Positions 1 to 14,964 of a stretch of DNA of 64,000 nt are shown here, one piece after another. Origin of the DNA: Octopus vulgaris (Eukaryota); contig OX597814.1 in the NCBI GenBank assembly GCA_951406725.2, positions 124,000,001 through 124,064,000 on the forward strand. The letters run 5' to 3'. Within the stretch, counting starts at the first letter, position 1; the number at the start of each line of letters is the position of its first letter. Made by a program: the position numbers and the translations under genes. The notes beneath the pieces are model-generated. The model was not told where the DNA came from. It was given only the letters and a program-made list of their open reading frames with translations, and searched no databases.

Positions 1-91
1 GGGTGTTTAAGTTTTACAATCATGTGAAAAGTGAGTGACAGATGATTAAAGATGGAGGTAGAGATGAGTGTTGGGAATATTGAACAAGGGT

Positions 92-330
92 GGAGGCATG
101 GGTGATGGCACATGGCCTAGTGGTTGGAGTATTGCACTCCCGGTCACGAGATTGTGGTTTCAATTCCCAGACCAGCTGCACATTGTGTTATTGAGGAAGA
201 CACTTCATTTCACTTTGCTCCTGTCCATTCAGCTGTAGATGGATAACCTTGCAATGGATCGGCCTTACAAGGATGAGCTGGTGACTCAGGAAACCCACTT
301 GGGTTACAGAAACCTCCTGAGTCATATTAA
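92..330 (+). mobile_element. tRNA-derived SINE (family F here) with V/Meta-like central domain, degenerate
   Basis: A box tggcctagtgg, B box ggtttcaattcc, then gtgttattgaggaagacacttcatttcactttgctcc...cagctgtaga, shared with 33962-34298. Confidence 0.6.
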
Positions 331-953
331 TCTATTCAGTAACTGTACTGTGAATTCAAAATGGTTGGGATTGGTTGTTCAACCACGTCGAAGGACGATT
401 ATGATGATGATGATGATGATTATGATGATGGTTATGATGGTTGATGGTAAATATGAGTTTTGTGGTGGTGGGGAAGGTGTGAAAAATATAGAAGTGGTTC
501 TGGAAGGAAGGCAGAGGTGATAAGTGACAATACTGATTGAAAACAAAAGTACAAAGACTTGTACATACAAACGCACAAACGCATACGTGAAAGCACAGAA
601 ACATACAAACACACGTAGACACTTACAAGCACACACCAACAAGAAAGCACATACATACATACACACATACATACATACACACATAGATACATACATACAT
701 ACATACATACATACATACATGAAAATATGCACAAGCACACACAAATGCTCACAAACGCTCGCAAACACTCACTAATACACGAACAGACACAAACACAGAA
801 AATATTAAACAGAGGAGGACCAATTTCATATTGAAGTAATCTAAATTGCAGTTATTTGACATAATAACTTAGAACTGCCGCTAACTCTGTTGATGCTAAA
901 TCCCAAAACTGTTATCAAAAGTTAATATCTGTTTGTTCTGTTGTTTTTGTTAG

Positions 954-1022
954 GACACCGATAATATTGAGAATTATCTGAAAGCTACTCATCTCCTGTT
1001 TAATCGTGCAGTAAAGATGCAG
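954..1022 (+). CDS. Candidate internal coding exon of an unidentified host gene (DTDNIENYLKATHLLFNRAVKMQ)
   Basis: Polypyrimidine acceptor gtttgttctgttgtttttgttag (AG 952-953), 69 nt open in phase 0-0, donor CAG|gtaggt; non-repetitive sequence. Confidence 0.6.
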
Positions 1023-1134
1023 GTAGGTAGGTCAACAGACATTTGTTCGTTTCCACTACTTTGATTTCAACTGATTTATACCACTCGCACCCCCACCCCC
1101 ATATCCATCTCTCTACCACTTTCTCTGTATACAT

Positions 1135-1221
1135 ACACTCACACACACACATGCACACGTACACTCTCACACACACACACACAAACGTATATCTATCTAT
1201 CTATCAATCTATATCTATATC

Positions 1222-1303
<82 letters not shown>

Positions 1304-1424
1304 CATACATACATACATATAAATGCATGCATACATATATATATATATATATGTTTATATACATACATATATATATATACATACATACATACATATATAT
1401 TTATATTATATATATGTATGTATG

Positions 1425-1458
<34 letters not shown>

Positions 1459-1667
1459 TATATATATATGTGCACACATATATTTATAAATATATTGGGA
1501 TGTTTGGATGTTTTTATGTATTTGTAGATTAGATTTAAGTCTGAAGAACATATATATATGCCATATGTGCAGTCTCTCTTCAAATATTGTCGCCATCAAA
1601 CAATCCAGATTTATTAACTTACAATGCAATAGTATTAACAGTAATAATAATAACAATGATGATGATG

Positions 1668-1699
<32 letters not shown>

Positions 1700-2104
1700 G
1701 ATAATAGTAATAATAATAATAATAATAATAGTTACCATGACAATGATGACGATGACGATGATGGTGATGATGATGATAGTTAATAATGTTTTTGTATAAA
1801 GATTAATAATAATAAAAATGATGATGATGATGATGATGATGGTGATTGTGATGTGGTGTTGGTATTGGTGGTGGTGGAGGTGGTAGTAGTGGCAGTGGTG
1901 GTACTGTTGGGGATGAAGAAACGTTTGTTTTAGACATGGCTGAGCATGTTTAGTTGTTATATAATCGCTTTGAGGGCCATAACTTTGTAGGAGTGATTAT
2001 TTATAGAACCATCCATATGTATATAATAAATATACATACATACATATATATACACACACATATATATATATGTCTGTGTATATATATATATATATATATG
2101 TCTG

Positions 2105-2140
<36 letters not shown>

Positions 2141-2388
2141 TGTATGTATACGTGGTGTGTTGTAGTGTGCTGTGGCAAGGTGGTGTTTTGGGTGTGTATG
2201 TCTGTTTGCACCTCTTTTAGTGTGTCTGCCTATCCCCATCCCTCTCTCTCATATCTATATTTTTATATATCTGTACATAGATTTAAATGTATATCATCAT
2301 CATCATCGTTGTCATTGTTGCCTTCGTCACCACCACCACCACCACCACCACCACCATCACCACCACCACCATCATCATCACCATCATT

Positions 2389-2428
<40 letters not shown>

Positions 2429-2505
2429 CCATCACCATCACCATCATCACCCCCTACCACCACCATCACCATCATTATCATCATCATCATCATCGTCATC
2501 ATCTT
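1135..2505. repeat. Compound microsatellite field: (CA)n, (TA)n, (GAT)n, (TAA)n, (CAC)n/(CAT)n
   Basis: Direct inspection. Confidence 0.95.
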
Positions 2506-2870
2506 TTAACATCTGCCTTTCATACTGGCTTTGGTTGGACAGTTTGACAAGATCTGATGGGTCAAAGGTCTGCATCATGTGCCAGTGTCTGCTTCGGCAT
2601 GGTTTCTAAAGCTGGATGTCCTTCCTAATGCCACCCACTTTACTGGGTATCCTGGGTATTTCTTTCATGGCACCCAGCACTAGTGAAGTTACCCTATAGC
2701 TTGCAAGGCTAAGATCCTCATTGGCTGAGTGGGGGTGGGGGCAAGGGCACAGTAGAAAAGAAGGCAGCTTTATGCTAGGTGTTTAGGATTCGAGAGATTA
2801 GGGATGAAGGAAGGGGCCAGAACAGGTTTCTTGGTGTAGAAGAGATACAAGACTGCTCATGTTATACTAG
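2490..2870 (-). mobile_element. RTE-type LINE 3' end, degenerate
   Basis: (CAT)n tail followed by gctggatgtccttcctaatgccacccact core shared with the RTE 3'UTR at 25200-25400. Confidence 0.6.
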
Positions 2871-3177
2871 TGTGTATGTGTGTGTGAAAGTAATAGCATG
2901 GACCAGGACAAAATAACCAAGATGGTGATGGCTGAGTGTCAGAGTGGGCCATAATTAAGGAAGAAGAACAAGAAGGGAGGCTGGTTGGAAATAGCTATAG
3001 TGTATGGAGAAAGTAAGGGATGGTAAGAGATAGAAGCTGAGTGTGAGTATAACTGAATGATGAACAAGGGTCTTGCTGGGAGATGTCTTTGATAAAATGA
3101 ATTGGAAGGTAGAGGAAAGATGTTGACTAGAATTTGGTGATGGGGGCGGGGGAGGATGGAATGAAATGGTGGAGAGG

Positions 3178-3568
3178 CATTCTTTTCTATTCTAGGCACA
3201 AAGCCTGACATTTTGGGGGAGTGGGCAACTGGTACTTAGTTTATTGACCCCAAAAGAATTAAAGGCAAACTCAACCTCAGCGGAATTTGAGCTCAGAACG
3301 TAAATAACGCTGAGCATTTCACCTGGCGCGCTAACGTTTCTTATTTCTTTATTTCCCACAAAGGGCTAAACATAGAGGGAACAAACAAGGACAGACAAAG
3401 GGATTAAGTCGATTACATTAACCCCAGTGCATAACTGGTACTTAATTTATCGACATTGGAAGGATGAAGGGCAAAGTCGACCTCGGTGGAATTTGAACTC
3501 AGAACATAAAGACACAAAATAACGTTAAGCATTTCACCCGGCATGCTAATGTTTCTGCCAGCTCACCA
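3178..3568 (-). mobile_element. tRNA-derived SINE family C, head-to-tail dimer
   Basis: Reverse complement of the dimer at 23545-23972 (gagctggcagaaacgttagc...gagttcaaattc...gactttgcctttcatcc). Confidence 0.8.
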
Positions 3569-3889
3569 GGGACGTTGGTGGTGAATGTATTGGCCATGAT
3601 AAAAAAAAGAGTGACAAAAATATACAAAAAAAAAAAACAAACTTAACTCTGCTTATAAATCTATGTTATGTATAAAAAGTTTTATTAGGTGAAGTCAGTT
3701 GTCACTCGTGAGTGAGTATGACCCAAAGGCAATGATGATGATGATGATGATTATGATGATGGTGATGATGAGGTGGAGGAAAATGATGATAGAATACAGT
3801 ACAATTTTTTTCTGGTCATCTTTGAATCCTGTCACACAACTCCTGCTGTATAATTTTTGACCATTTATTTCCCTATCTCATAATACAGT

Positions 3890-4090
3890 CACGTTAGCAC
3901 ACCGGGCAAAACCCTTAGCGGTATATCATCTGTCTTTACGTTCTGAGTTCAAATTCTGTCGAGATCGACTTTGCCTTTCATTCTTTTGGGGGTCGATAAA
4001 TTAAGTACCAGTTGTGTATTGGGGTCGATCTAATCAACTGGTCCCCTCCCACCAAATTTCAGGCCTTGTGCCTAGAGTAGAAAAGAATAT
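3890..4090 (+). mobile_element. SINE family C monomer
   Basis: cgttagcac...ctgagttcaaattc...ggccttgtgcctagagtagaaaagaa. Confidence 0.8.
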
Positions 4091-4276
4091 AATATAGTCA
4101 ATTCCCAAATCATAATTTCTGTCTAATCATCTAATATAGTATAACTCACATAACACAATCTCCCTCCAGTAAAATAACACACCAAGGTAGCTCCTATGTG
4201 GTCACCTGCTCTGTTAGAAATATCAACCAAATTATCCTGAAATACACCTTTGTCATATACTGTTGGCGTCATACTT

Positions 4277-4592
4277 ATATCACCGTAATCACCGTGACCG
4301 ACCAGGCTATCAGATGTTGCTACACATCGTTGGTCATAATGCACTACACATTGTTATAGCCTGCAAATGACGCCACCCTGCTGGCTAAGCGAGCAGCCCA
4401 ACAGAAGAAATAGTGAGAGAAAGTTGTGGCGAAAGAGTACAACAGGGATCACCACCACCCCCTGCTGGAGCCTCATGGAGCTTTAGGTGTTTTTGCTCAA
4501 TAAACACTCACAACGCCTTGTCTGGGAATCAAAACCACAATCCTACGACTGCGAGTCCGCTGCCCTAACCACTGGGCCATTGCGCCTCCACC
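4277..4592 (-). mobile_element. tRNA-derived SINE family D
   Basis: Minus strand begins gtggaggcgcaatggcccagtggttagggcagcggactcgc with a B-box; same head as 21217. Confidence 0.8.
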
Positions 4593-5129
4593 ATACTTAT
4601 ATACTCACACCATTCTTCAGACACAGCTGCACAGCTACTCCAAACTGACATCAGTCACCTCGAAATTTTGACTCAAAAGTAATAGAATTAAATTAGCTGC
4701 TACCAAATTCAGTGTCTCCCTCCATAAACCAAAAACTTTGGCATCCTTCCTGATTTCCTATGTTTGCTTATATTTCAAGGACGATGGCTATTCTCTTCAC
4801 TTAAGTATAATAAGTACCTTTTGATTTAGTCTGTTTCTCATCAGCCACCACAGATAATTTGTAATTAGGACCTTGGCTCAAGTCCAGTTGCAAGAACTAC
4901 CAAATAATAATGGAACTATGGTTTGAGGGAACACTGCAACAACTTCTTGGTAACTTTGTCTTCAGTTCCACAGGCATGCATTACTACAGAATATCAAGTT
5001 ATTAAAGAGGTGCCTGGACAATTGTGGTAGAGTCTCAATATGGTATCATCTGTATACGAAGCTGTGTGTGTATTGAAGGTGTGTGGGAAGGTCGTGTAGG
5101 CACAGGTCTAAAAGAATGGGCAAGAGGGT

Positions 5130-5600
5130 GCATCATCATCATCATCATCATAATCATAACCACCACCACCACCATCATCATCATCATTTAACATCTGTTG
5201 CTAGCATGGGTTGGACAGTTTGACTGAAAACTGGTAAATTGAGGAGCCGCACCAGGTTTCAATGTGATTTAGCAGTGTTTCTATAGCTGGATGCCCTTCC
5301 TAATGCCAACCACTCCAAACTTGTAGCGAGTGCTTTTTATGTGCTACTGGCACTGGTGCCAGTTATGAAACACTGGCATCAGCCCATGACTACGATCTCA
5401 CTTGGTTTGACAGGTCTTCTCAAGTACTGTAAATTGCCACAGGTCTCAGTCACTTGTCACTGCCTCCATGAGGCCCAAAGTTCAAAGGGTGCTTTTTACA
5501 TACCAGCGGCATGGGCGCCAGGTATATGATACTGGCATCAGCCATGACTCCAATTTCATTTGGCTTGATGGGTCTTCTCAAGATCACACAATGTTCAAAG
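5130..5600 (-). mobile_element. RTE LINE 3' end including last ORF codons
   Basis: (CAT)n tail, conserved 3'UTR core, and ggtcttctcaag...ggtctcagtcacttgtc segment homologous to the RTE ORF end at 56240-56470. Confidence 0.7.
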
Positions 5601-5606
5601 GGTGTG

Positions 5607-6204
5607 TTTTACCTTTAGTATTCAAATTTCTCTTTCAAATGTAATCATCATCATCATCGTTTAATGTCCGCTTTCCATGTTAGCATGGGTTGGACGATTT
5701 TGACTGAGGACTGGCAAACCAGATGGCTGCACCAGGCTCCAATCTTGATTTGGCAGAGTTTCTACTGCTGGATGCCCTTCCTAACGCCAACCACTCCGAG
5801 AGTGTAGTGGGTGCTTTTCACGTGCCACCGGCACGAGGGCCAGTCAGGTGGTACTGGCAATGACCTCGCTCGAATCCTTTTACACATGCCACCAGCACAG
5901 GTGCCAGTAAGGCGACTTTGGTAACGATCATGCTCGAATGGTGCCCTTTTACGTGCCACTGGCACAGAAGCCAGTTGGCTTCTCTGGCAACGATCATGCT
6001 CGGATGGTCCTCTTGGCACCCTACTAGCACGGGCATAAGTGCCAATCACATATTGTCTCACTGCTTTGAGATTTTGATGATGTGACTGTCTGTTTTAAAA
6101 TGACATTATAGGGTAGGTGTGAGGTGCCAGATCTGTCTGGTTTGAACATAAAGCAGGTACAATATTTGGGTCGGCTACGACCAGTTTAAATGTTAAAGGG
6201 TTAA
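5607..6204. mobile_element. piggyBac-like MITE interrupted by an RTE tail
   Basis: Right end aatgttaaaggg|TTAA (6189-6204); degenerate left end tttt-acctttagtattc (5607-5623). Confidence 0.45.
5645..6043 (-). mobile_element. RTE 3'UTR copy with internal 60-70 bp tandem units
   Basis: catcatcgtttaatgtccgctttccatg...gatgcccttcctaacgccaaccactccgagagtgtagtgggtgc followed by repeated cgtgccaccggcac units. Confidence 0.85.
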
Positions 6205-6780
6205 GCTATGTAAGAGGTCAGTTAGTGGTATTAAAGTGGGCAACAGATTAAGTCTATCACCCAAATAAGCCATGGTGGCATTTGAACTCAGAATGCAAAG
6301 AGCCAGGCAAATATTGCAAAGAATCAAGTCTGACATTCTTACAGTTCCACCAATGCACTTCCTTGGATTGTTACCGTTTTATCAACCTCCAAAAGAATAA
6401 GAAAAAAGGCTGAGCTTGAACACAGAGTGCATGGAGTCAGAATAAATACCATGAAGAATTCTGTCTGATGTTCTAATAGCTCTGTCAATTTGTCAGGAGT
6501 AAAATGGGTTGTAAATTCTGGATGAATTGTGGAACTATGGTCTAAGGATGAACACCGGAGCAGCTTTTCATCAACTTCTCCAGTGTCACTGACATATTTC
6601 AGTACAATGCTTTTAATGATTCAATCAATTATATAATGAAATACGAGCTAATTAAATAAGGCTCCTACTGCACCATTGTCTCTGAATATGTACAGTGTCA
6701 GTGATAGAAGCAATAAAACATCAGTCCTTGACTCTTTAGTTTAACCATTTTTATCATCTATATCTCTCCAGCTCTCCCAC

Positions 6781-7172
6781 TCATCATTATCATCATCATC
6801 ATCGTCGTCGTCGTTGTCATCATCATCATCATCATTTAATGTCTGCTTTCCATGCTAGCATGGGTTGGACGATTTGACTGTGGACTGGCGAACCATATGG
6901 CTACACCAGACTCCAATCCGATCTGGCAGAGTTTCTACAGCTTGATGCCCTTCCTAATGCAACCACCCTGAGAGTGTAGTGGGTGCATTTACGTGCCACC
7001 GGCATGAGGGCCAGTCAGATGGTACTGGCAATGGCCACACTCAAAAATGGTGTTTTTTACATGCCACCTGCACAGGAGCCAGTCCAGCAGCACTGGCAAT
7101 GCTCTCGCTCGAATGCTTTTTTCATGTGCCACTGGCACAAGTGCCAGTAAGGCGACGCTGGTAACGATCACT
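6781..7172 (-). mobile_element. RTE 3'UTR copy
   Basis: Same family as 5645-6043. Confidence 0.85.
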
Positions 7173-7551
7173 ATAATGATTTAATGGTTTAAAATGTTAG
7201 CACAAAACCAGCAATTTTTATAAGAGTGGGTAGTTGATTACACATACCTAGTGGTTGACTGATACTTATTTAATTAACCCCTAAAAGAATGAAAGAATTT
7301 GAACTCAGAATGTAAAGAGCCCATAGAAATGTCACTAAACATTTTACCTATCAGGTTAATGATTCTGCAAGCTCACCCACTTTCCTTCCCACTTTAATAA
7401 TGACTAATTGCATTGCAAGGTGCATTAAAGCCTGATACACTGTGTAACATGATTTTTGTCCTTGATTAGCTACTGTTGCTTCCTATTTGCTTACCCCTAG
7501 AAAGTATGAAAAATGGCTAATATTTCCTTCAAAATTTGCTTTTGATACATT

Positions 7552-7720
7552 TTTTCAAACCCCAAAGAATCCCTCTCAACAGATGTCTATGATGCTTCCC
7601 CACTACTCCTGTTCATGATCAGAGAAGCACATATTGTCAGCCACTAAAGGACATGCTCAAGTGGTTAAGGTCAAGCAAGTGACAAGTAAATCTATGGTAT
7701 TGAGCAGAACATTTGCTACT
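7552..7720 (-). mobile_element. Fragment of repeat family E
   Basis: ttcaaaccccaaagaatccctctcaac...gtattgagcagaa matches 30430-30595. Confidence 0.75.
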
Positions 7721-7756
7721 ATGATATTTCTGCTTCAACAACTCAGCTCTGAATCA

Positions 7757-8060
7757 CCATCATCATCGTTTGACATCCGTTTTCCATGCTGGCATGAGTT
7801 ATACAGTTTGACTGAGGTCTGGAAAGCCAGTGGCTGCACCAGGCTCCAATCTGATCCAGCAATGTTTCTACAGCTGGATGCCCTTCCTAATGTCAATCAC
7901 TCCGAGAGTGTAGCGGGTGCTTTGTATGTTCCAGTGGCACAGAAGTCGGCCAGGTGACCCTGGCTTCTATCACATTTGGATAGTGCTTTTTATGTGGCTG
8001 GCATTGGTAGCCAGTCAGGGGACACTGACATCAGCCATATTTGGATGGTACTTTTCAATA
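7757..8060 (-). mobile_element. RTE 3'UTR copy
   Basis: Same core as 5645-6043. Confidence 0.8.
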
Positions 8061-8302
8061 TAAAAACATAACATTGATGTTCAGGGCGCAAAATCAAAGA
8101 TTGGAAAGAATAGCAGTCATTTCTTTTGATTTCTAGAGAGAAGCAAATAGGAAATAACACTCACTGACCAAAGACAAAAAAAAAAAAAAAAAAGAAAATT
8201 ATCACACTGAGTTATCTGTTTCTCTTTTTGAAAGCAAACATTTTAATGTAATTTCGTACAGTGTCACCAATGAATAAACTCTGCAATGTTGTTATTTCAC
8301 AG

Positions 8303-8409
8303 ACCTCTGCGGCCAACAGAATTAACAATCTTCTCTCACAGCACAGTCAACGTATCCTGGACATCTATGCCACCTCACACCAAATCTCAAAACTTTCACA
8401 GGCGATCAT
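8303..8409 (+). CDS. Candidate coding exon (TSAANRINNLLSQHSQRILDIYATSHQISKLSQAI + AT)
   Basis: Acceptor gttgttatttcacag, consensus donor gtaagt at 8410-8415; open in phase 0, matching the 954-1022 exon; ends in phase 2. Confidence 0.6.
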
Positions 8410-8420
8410 GTAAGTAGATA

Positions 8421-8820
8421 CTCTTTTACTTGTTTCAGTCATTTGACTGTCGCCATGCTGGAGCACCACCTTTAGTTGAGCAAATTGACCCTAGGACTTA
8501 TTCTTTGTAAGCCTAGTACTTATTCTATCAGTCTCTTTTGCCAAACCGCTAAGATACGGGGACGTAAACACATCAGCATTGGTTGTCAAGCGATGTTGGA
8601 GGGGGGGGACACAGACACACAAACATATACACACACATACGTATATATATATACATATATATGACAGGCTTCTTTCAGTTTCCGTCTACCAAATCCACTC
8701 ACAAGTCTTTGGTCGGTCCGAGGCTATAGTAGAAGACACTTACCCAAGGTGCCACACAGTGGGAATGAACCCGGAACCATGTGGTTGGTAAGCAAGCTAC
8801 TTATCACACAGCCACTCCTA
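8421..8820 (-). mobile_element. tRNA/CORE-type SINE family B, full length
   Basis: Reverse complement of 26522-26927 (ggagtggctgtg...ccttgggcaagtgtctt...gactgaaacaagtaaaagag). Confidence 0.85.
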
Positions 8821-9120
8821 TTCATGTTATAATTGTTATGAATATTATCATTATCATCGTCGTCATCATCATCTTCATTTAACATTCACTTTTCCATAGT
8901 TGCATATGTGAAATTGAATTTGTTGAGCCAGATAGACTACAATCACATGCTCTTCCTGTTACCAAAGCCTCATCTGTTTCCAAGTAAAGTAAATTTTCTC
9001 CATGGCCAGAAGACTGAAAATGAACAACATTGCTTGTATGATGTTGATGCTTGTTAACAACCATGATGTCAACACTAGGGTACATGCAAACAGACAAGCA
9101 CATACATATATACATATATA

Positions 9121-9348
9121 GCGAGGTCGTTGCCAGTACCGCCTAACTGGCCCTTGTGCCGGTGGCACGTAAAACCACCCACTATGCTCTCAGAATGGTT
9201 GGCGTTAGGAAGGGCATCCAGCTGTAGAAACTCTGCCAGATCAGATTGGAGCCTGGTGTAGCCTCCGGGCTTCTCAGACCCTGGTCAAACCGTTCAACCC
9301 ATGCTAGCAGGGAAAACGGATGTTAAACGATGATGATGATGATGATGA
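9121..9348 (+). mobile_element. RTE 3'UTR copy
   Basis: gtgccggtggcacgtaaaa...ggttggcgttaggaagggcatccagctgtagaaac...gttaaacgatgatgat. Confidence 0.85.
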
Positions 9349-9831
9349 CATATATGCATGTGTGGGTGCAGGATGTCACTAACAGTAAACAACATATACA
9401 TATATATATATTATTTATATTATCTATCCATTTACTACCTACCTGTCTGCCTGTCTGTCTATCTATCTATCTAGCTATCATCATCATTATTTAATGTATT
9501 GTTTCCATGCTGGTATGGTTTGGATGGTTTATATGATTTCGTACCGACACGTGTCTCTGCTGCATAAGTGTTCTAAATTCCTTTGATGCAGCATTTATGC
9601 ACATTTAGTTGGTTCAGCTGCGCTACATATACATCCAGGGTAGACATTCCTATGCAGCTTTGTTTAAGGTTTTACCCATGTGCATGGATGAAACAAAGTA
9701 AGGAATCCAGTGTTAGATGGTCACATATACCATGCTGTGAAAAAAATGCTTCCAGTACATTCTAAAGCAATTAGTGAGTGTGTGGAAGACATCTTAGAGT
9801 TCAGGAAGACCCTTATTTTGTCTTATCAAGG

Positions 9832-10109
9832 ACATGACAAAAAATGTGCCATGAAAAAATGTGCCATGAAAAAATGTGCCATGAAAAAAATGTGCCATGA
9901 AAAAATGTGTCATGAAAAAATGTGCCATGAAAAAATGTGTCATGAAAAAATGTGCCATGAAAAAAATGTGTCATGAAAAAATGTGTCATGAAAAAATGTG
10001 CCATGAAAAAATGTTCCATGAAAAAATGTGCCATGAAAAATGTGCCATGAAAAAATGTACCATGAAAAATGTGCCATGAAAAAAATGCGCCATGAAAAAA
10101 TGTGTCCAT
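9832..10109 (+). repeat. Minisatellite, ~15-bp unit catgaaaaaatgtgc, about 18 copies
   Basis: Direct inspection; the A-run length varies between units. Confidence 0.95.
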
Positions 10110-10315
10110 AAAATAATTGACATTAAAGAGGGCATCAGGCCCTTTTTAATGTTTACTACTTATCTGTTAAATGAAAACAGAGGAGAGGATCATGGTTCTC
10201 TGGCTATGTCTAGGAGAGTAGTAAACTAAATGAGAAATTTCTCAGACTGTTATAGTCTGTCCAAGTCTTGACTGTGAGGAAAGTAGATGTAAAATGACAA
10301 TGGTAATAATGATGG

Positions 10316-12588
<2,273 letters not shown>

Positions 12589-12686
12589 CAGTTTGCATAA
12601 CATTGCCAATCTTGCCTATTTGCATATGCATTATGCCACATCACCTGTCTCCGTCATATGATTATATAACTGCACATGTTCATACA

Positions 12687-14345
12687 TTATATATACAGGG
12701 ATGGTCATATGTTGCTTTACCCTTTTCTAATAATAGCAAGAGCATTTAGAGAGTGCAAACCTCTGCCAAGGCAATACCAACGTCCTCTCAACAATTACCC
12801 AGAGATGATTTTTAAAATGAGAATAGTTAAAATCGGCCAAAAAGAGGTTGTCACAGTTCTACGACAGCACTCTTCACTCTATGAGATGACATCTGGTGTA
12901 CCACAGGGATCTGTTCTTGGCACCCTTTTATTTGTTGCATATGTCAATGACACAGATGCCAACTTAAAGAATTCCACAGTGCTGAAGTATGCAGATGACA
13001 TCAAGCTGTACCTCAAAATAAAGAGGACAGATCCTGTACACTATAGATCTTTATTGCAATCAGACTTGGACACAATGCAGCAATGGATCATGGACGGGCA
13101 ACTCAAGCTGGCTGTGGACAAATGTACCACCATGCATTTTGGGAGGAAAAACCCAGCGTCTACTTACTCCCTCCACAACACTAATCTCAAAAAGTCCTCT
13201 TGTGAATGTGACCAGGGCATTATTGTTGACAGCAATTTGCATTGGACAAAACATATTGCTAAAATTGCCAAGAAGGCTGAGGGTGTCTTGGCATTACTTA
13301 CCAAGTCCTTTGTGAGCCACTCTCTGGCTATCTATCTGAGGCTTTATATAGCTATGGTGCGGCCTCACCTGGAATTTGCATCATTGGTCTCGAACCCCTT
13401 ACTTGCCCAGGATATTAATCATCTGGAAACCGTTCAGTGATGTGCAACCAAGAGAACACCCTCCATCAGGCATTTACCATATTCTGAATGCCTTACATCC
13501 CTGGGCATGGATACATTGAAACTCCGGTGTCTGGCAGCTGACTTGGTAGACACCCATAAAATTATTAACCATCTTACTAACTATAACTCTGAGCACCTTT
13601 TCAAACTCCATCTGTCTAACACCCGTGGACATGTTTACAAAGTCAGAGAACAGCACAGCTCCCATGACTTTCGGAAACATTTTTTCACGCTAAGAGTTGC
13701 TGAAGTATGGAACAAACTGTCGGCATCAGTTGTTAGTTGTCGGAGCACTGCATCCTTCAAAACTTCCATGCTTCCTGAGATTCGCCAACACTACATCTGA
13801 TTTTCTCTCCTCCATACACCCGCAAGCATGTATCTGACTCATACACTATTCACTTCCCAGACATTTGTACATTACCTCATATGATTTATACGCACTTTTG
13901 ACAAGTTGTGGTGCACCTGAGCACTGTATACAATTATTTCATTATTATTATTATAATCTCGACTGCTCTCACAAATAAGAATACTAAAAATGAACCTGAC
14001 TGCTCTCAAAAGTCAAGTAAAAAAAAACAGAAAAATAATTCAGTATCTTTGTCTGATACTGGATTGATTCCAAAATCTAATCAGTTTGTACTCTCATAGA
14101 TTATATATACAGGGATGGTCATATGTTGCTTTACCCATTTCTAATAAAAACAAGAGCATTCAGAGAGTGCAAACCTCTTCCAAGGCAACACCAACGTCCT
14201 CTCAACAATTAGCCAGAGATGATTTTTAAAATGAGAATAGCTGAAATAACTCGACTGCTCTCACAAACGAGAATACTAAAAATGAACCCAACTGCTCTCA
14301 AAAATTCCGTCAAAAAAGCAGAAACATTATTCAGAATTTTTGCCC
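12687..14345 (-). mobile_element. Two tandem Helentron-like non-autonomous ends; the first is split by the CR1 insertion
   Basis: Unit 12687-12835 + 13955-14099 repeats at 14100-14345; minus strand ends ccttgg(c/a)agaggtttgcactctct(a/g)aatgctcttg, resembling Helentron subterminal IR + hairpin + CTTG ends. Confidence 0.5.
12836..13954 (+). mobile_element. 5'-truncated CR1-type LINE (RT C-terminal half, 3'UTR, (ATT)n tail)
   Basis: ORFs 12676-13440 (SGVPQGSVLGTLLF...YADDIKLY...VRPHLEFA) and 13507-13800 (TRGHVYK...RKHFFTLRVAEVWNKL) in one frame separated by a TGA at 13438-13440. Confidence 0.9.
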
Positions 14346-14579
14346 ATGCCCGTGACATGTAAAAGCACTCATCATACTTTTGGAGTGGTTGGCATTAGGG
14401 AGGGTATCCAGCTGTAGAAACCATGCCAGACCAGACTGGAGTCTAGTGCAGCCTCTCAACTTATCATCACTAGTAAAACTGTCCAACCCATGCCAGCATG
14501 GACAACGGATGTCAAATGATGATGATGATGATGATGTATGTATATATGAATGTATTTATATACTTCATTATGCATAACA

Positions 14580-14945
14580 GAGGCAGTGTTAGTTTAAAAC
14601 AACAATCTGTGTATCATACTTAATGCAGAGATACATCATGGAATTAATCCTTAGATAGTATCTCTTATAGATTTACAGTGTTAAATAACACAAAAATATA
14701 TCAGTAGTGAATGTAAAATCATCCAGTAGCAGAGTTGAAGATGCTAGATACACATTTCTACTTTCTGAGGCCTCATCAGTACCAAGTATCCATTACACAT
14801 CAAGTAAAACCACCACTTCCACTGGATGATTTTCATCTTTTACATCTATAAGAGATATATCTCAGGATGAAAATCACAGTTAACTAGGCTTTCAATGGTG
14901 TATCTGCATTAAGTATGAAATACAAATTGCTATTTTAAACTAATA
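14580..14945. repeat. Degenerate fold-back (inverted repeat) element
   Basis: ttagtttaaaac...catacttaatgcaga vs tctgcattaagtatg...ttttaaactaa; tatctcttataga vs tctataagagata; aaaatcatccagt vs actggatgatttt. Confidence 0.75.
14740..14790 (-). ncRNA. Degenerate type I hammerhead ribozyme-like motif
   Basis: GATACTTGGTA-CTGATGA-GGCCTCAGAAAGTA-GAAA-TG-T-G-TATCTAGCATC; stem I pairs 9 of 11; stem II decayed; G at position 17. Confidence 0.45.
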
Positions 14946-14964
14946 CAACTTCTGCTACCTATTC

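Noticed and set aside
8304-8408. Alternative frame PLRPTELTIFSHSTVNVSWT resembling a fibronectin III start
   Set aside because: Needs a phase-2 upstream intron, incompatible with the 954-1022 exon; the phase-0 frame links both neighbours. Not fully excluded without RNA data
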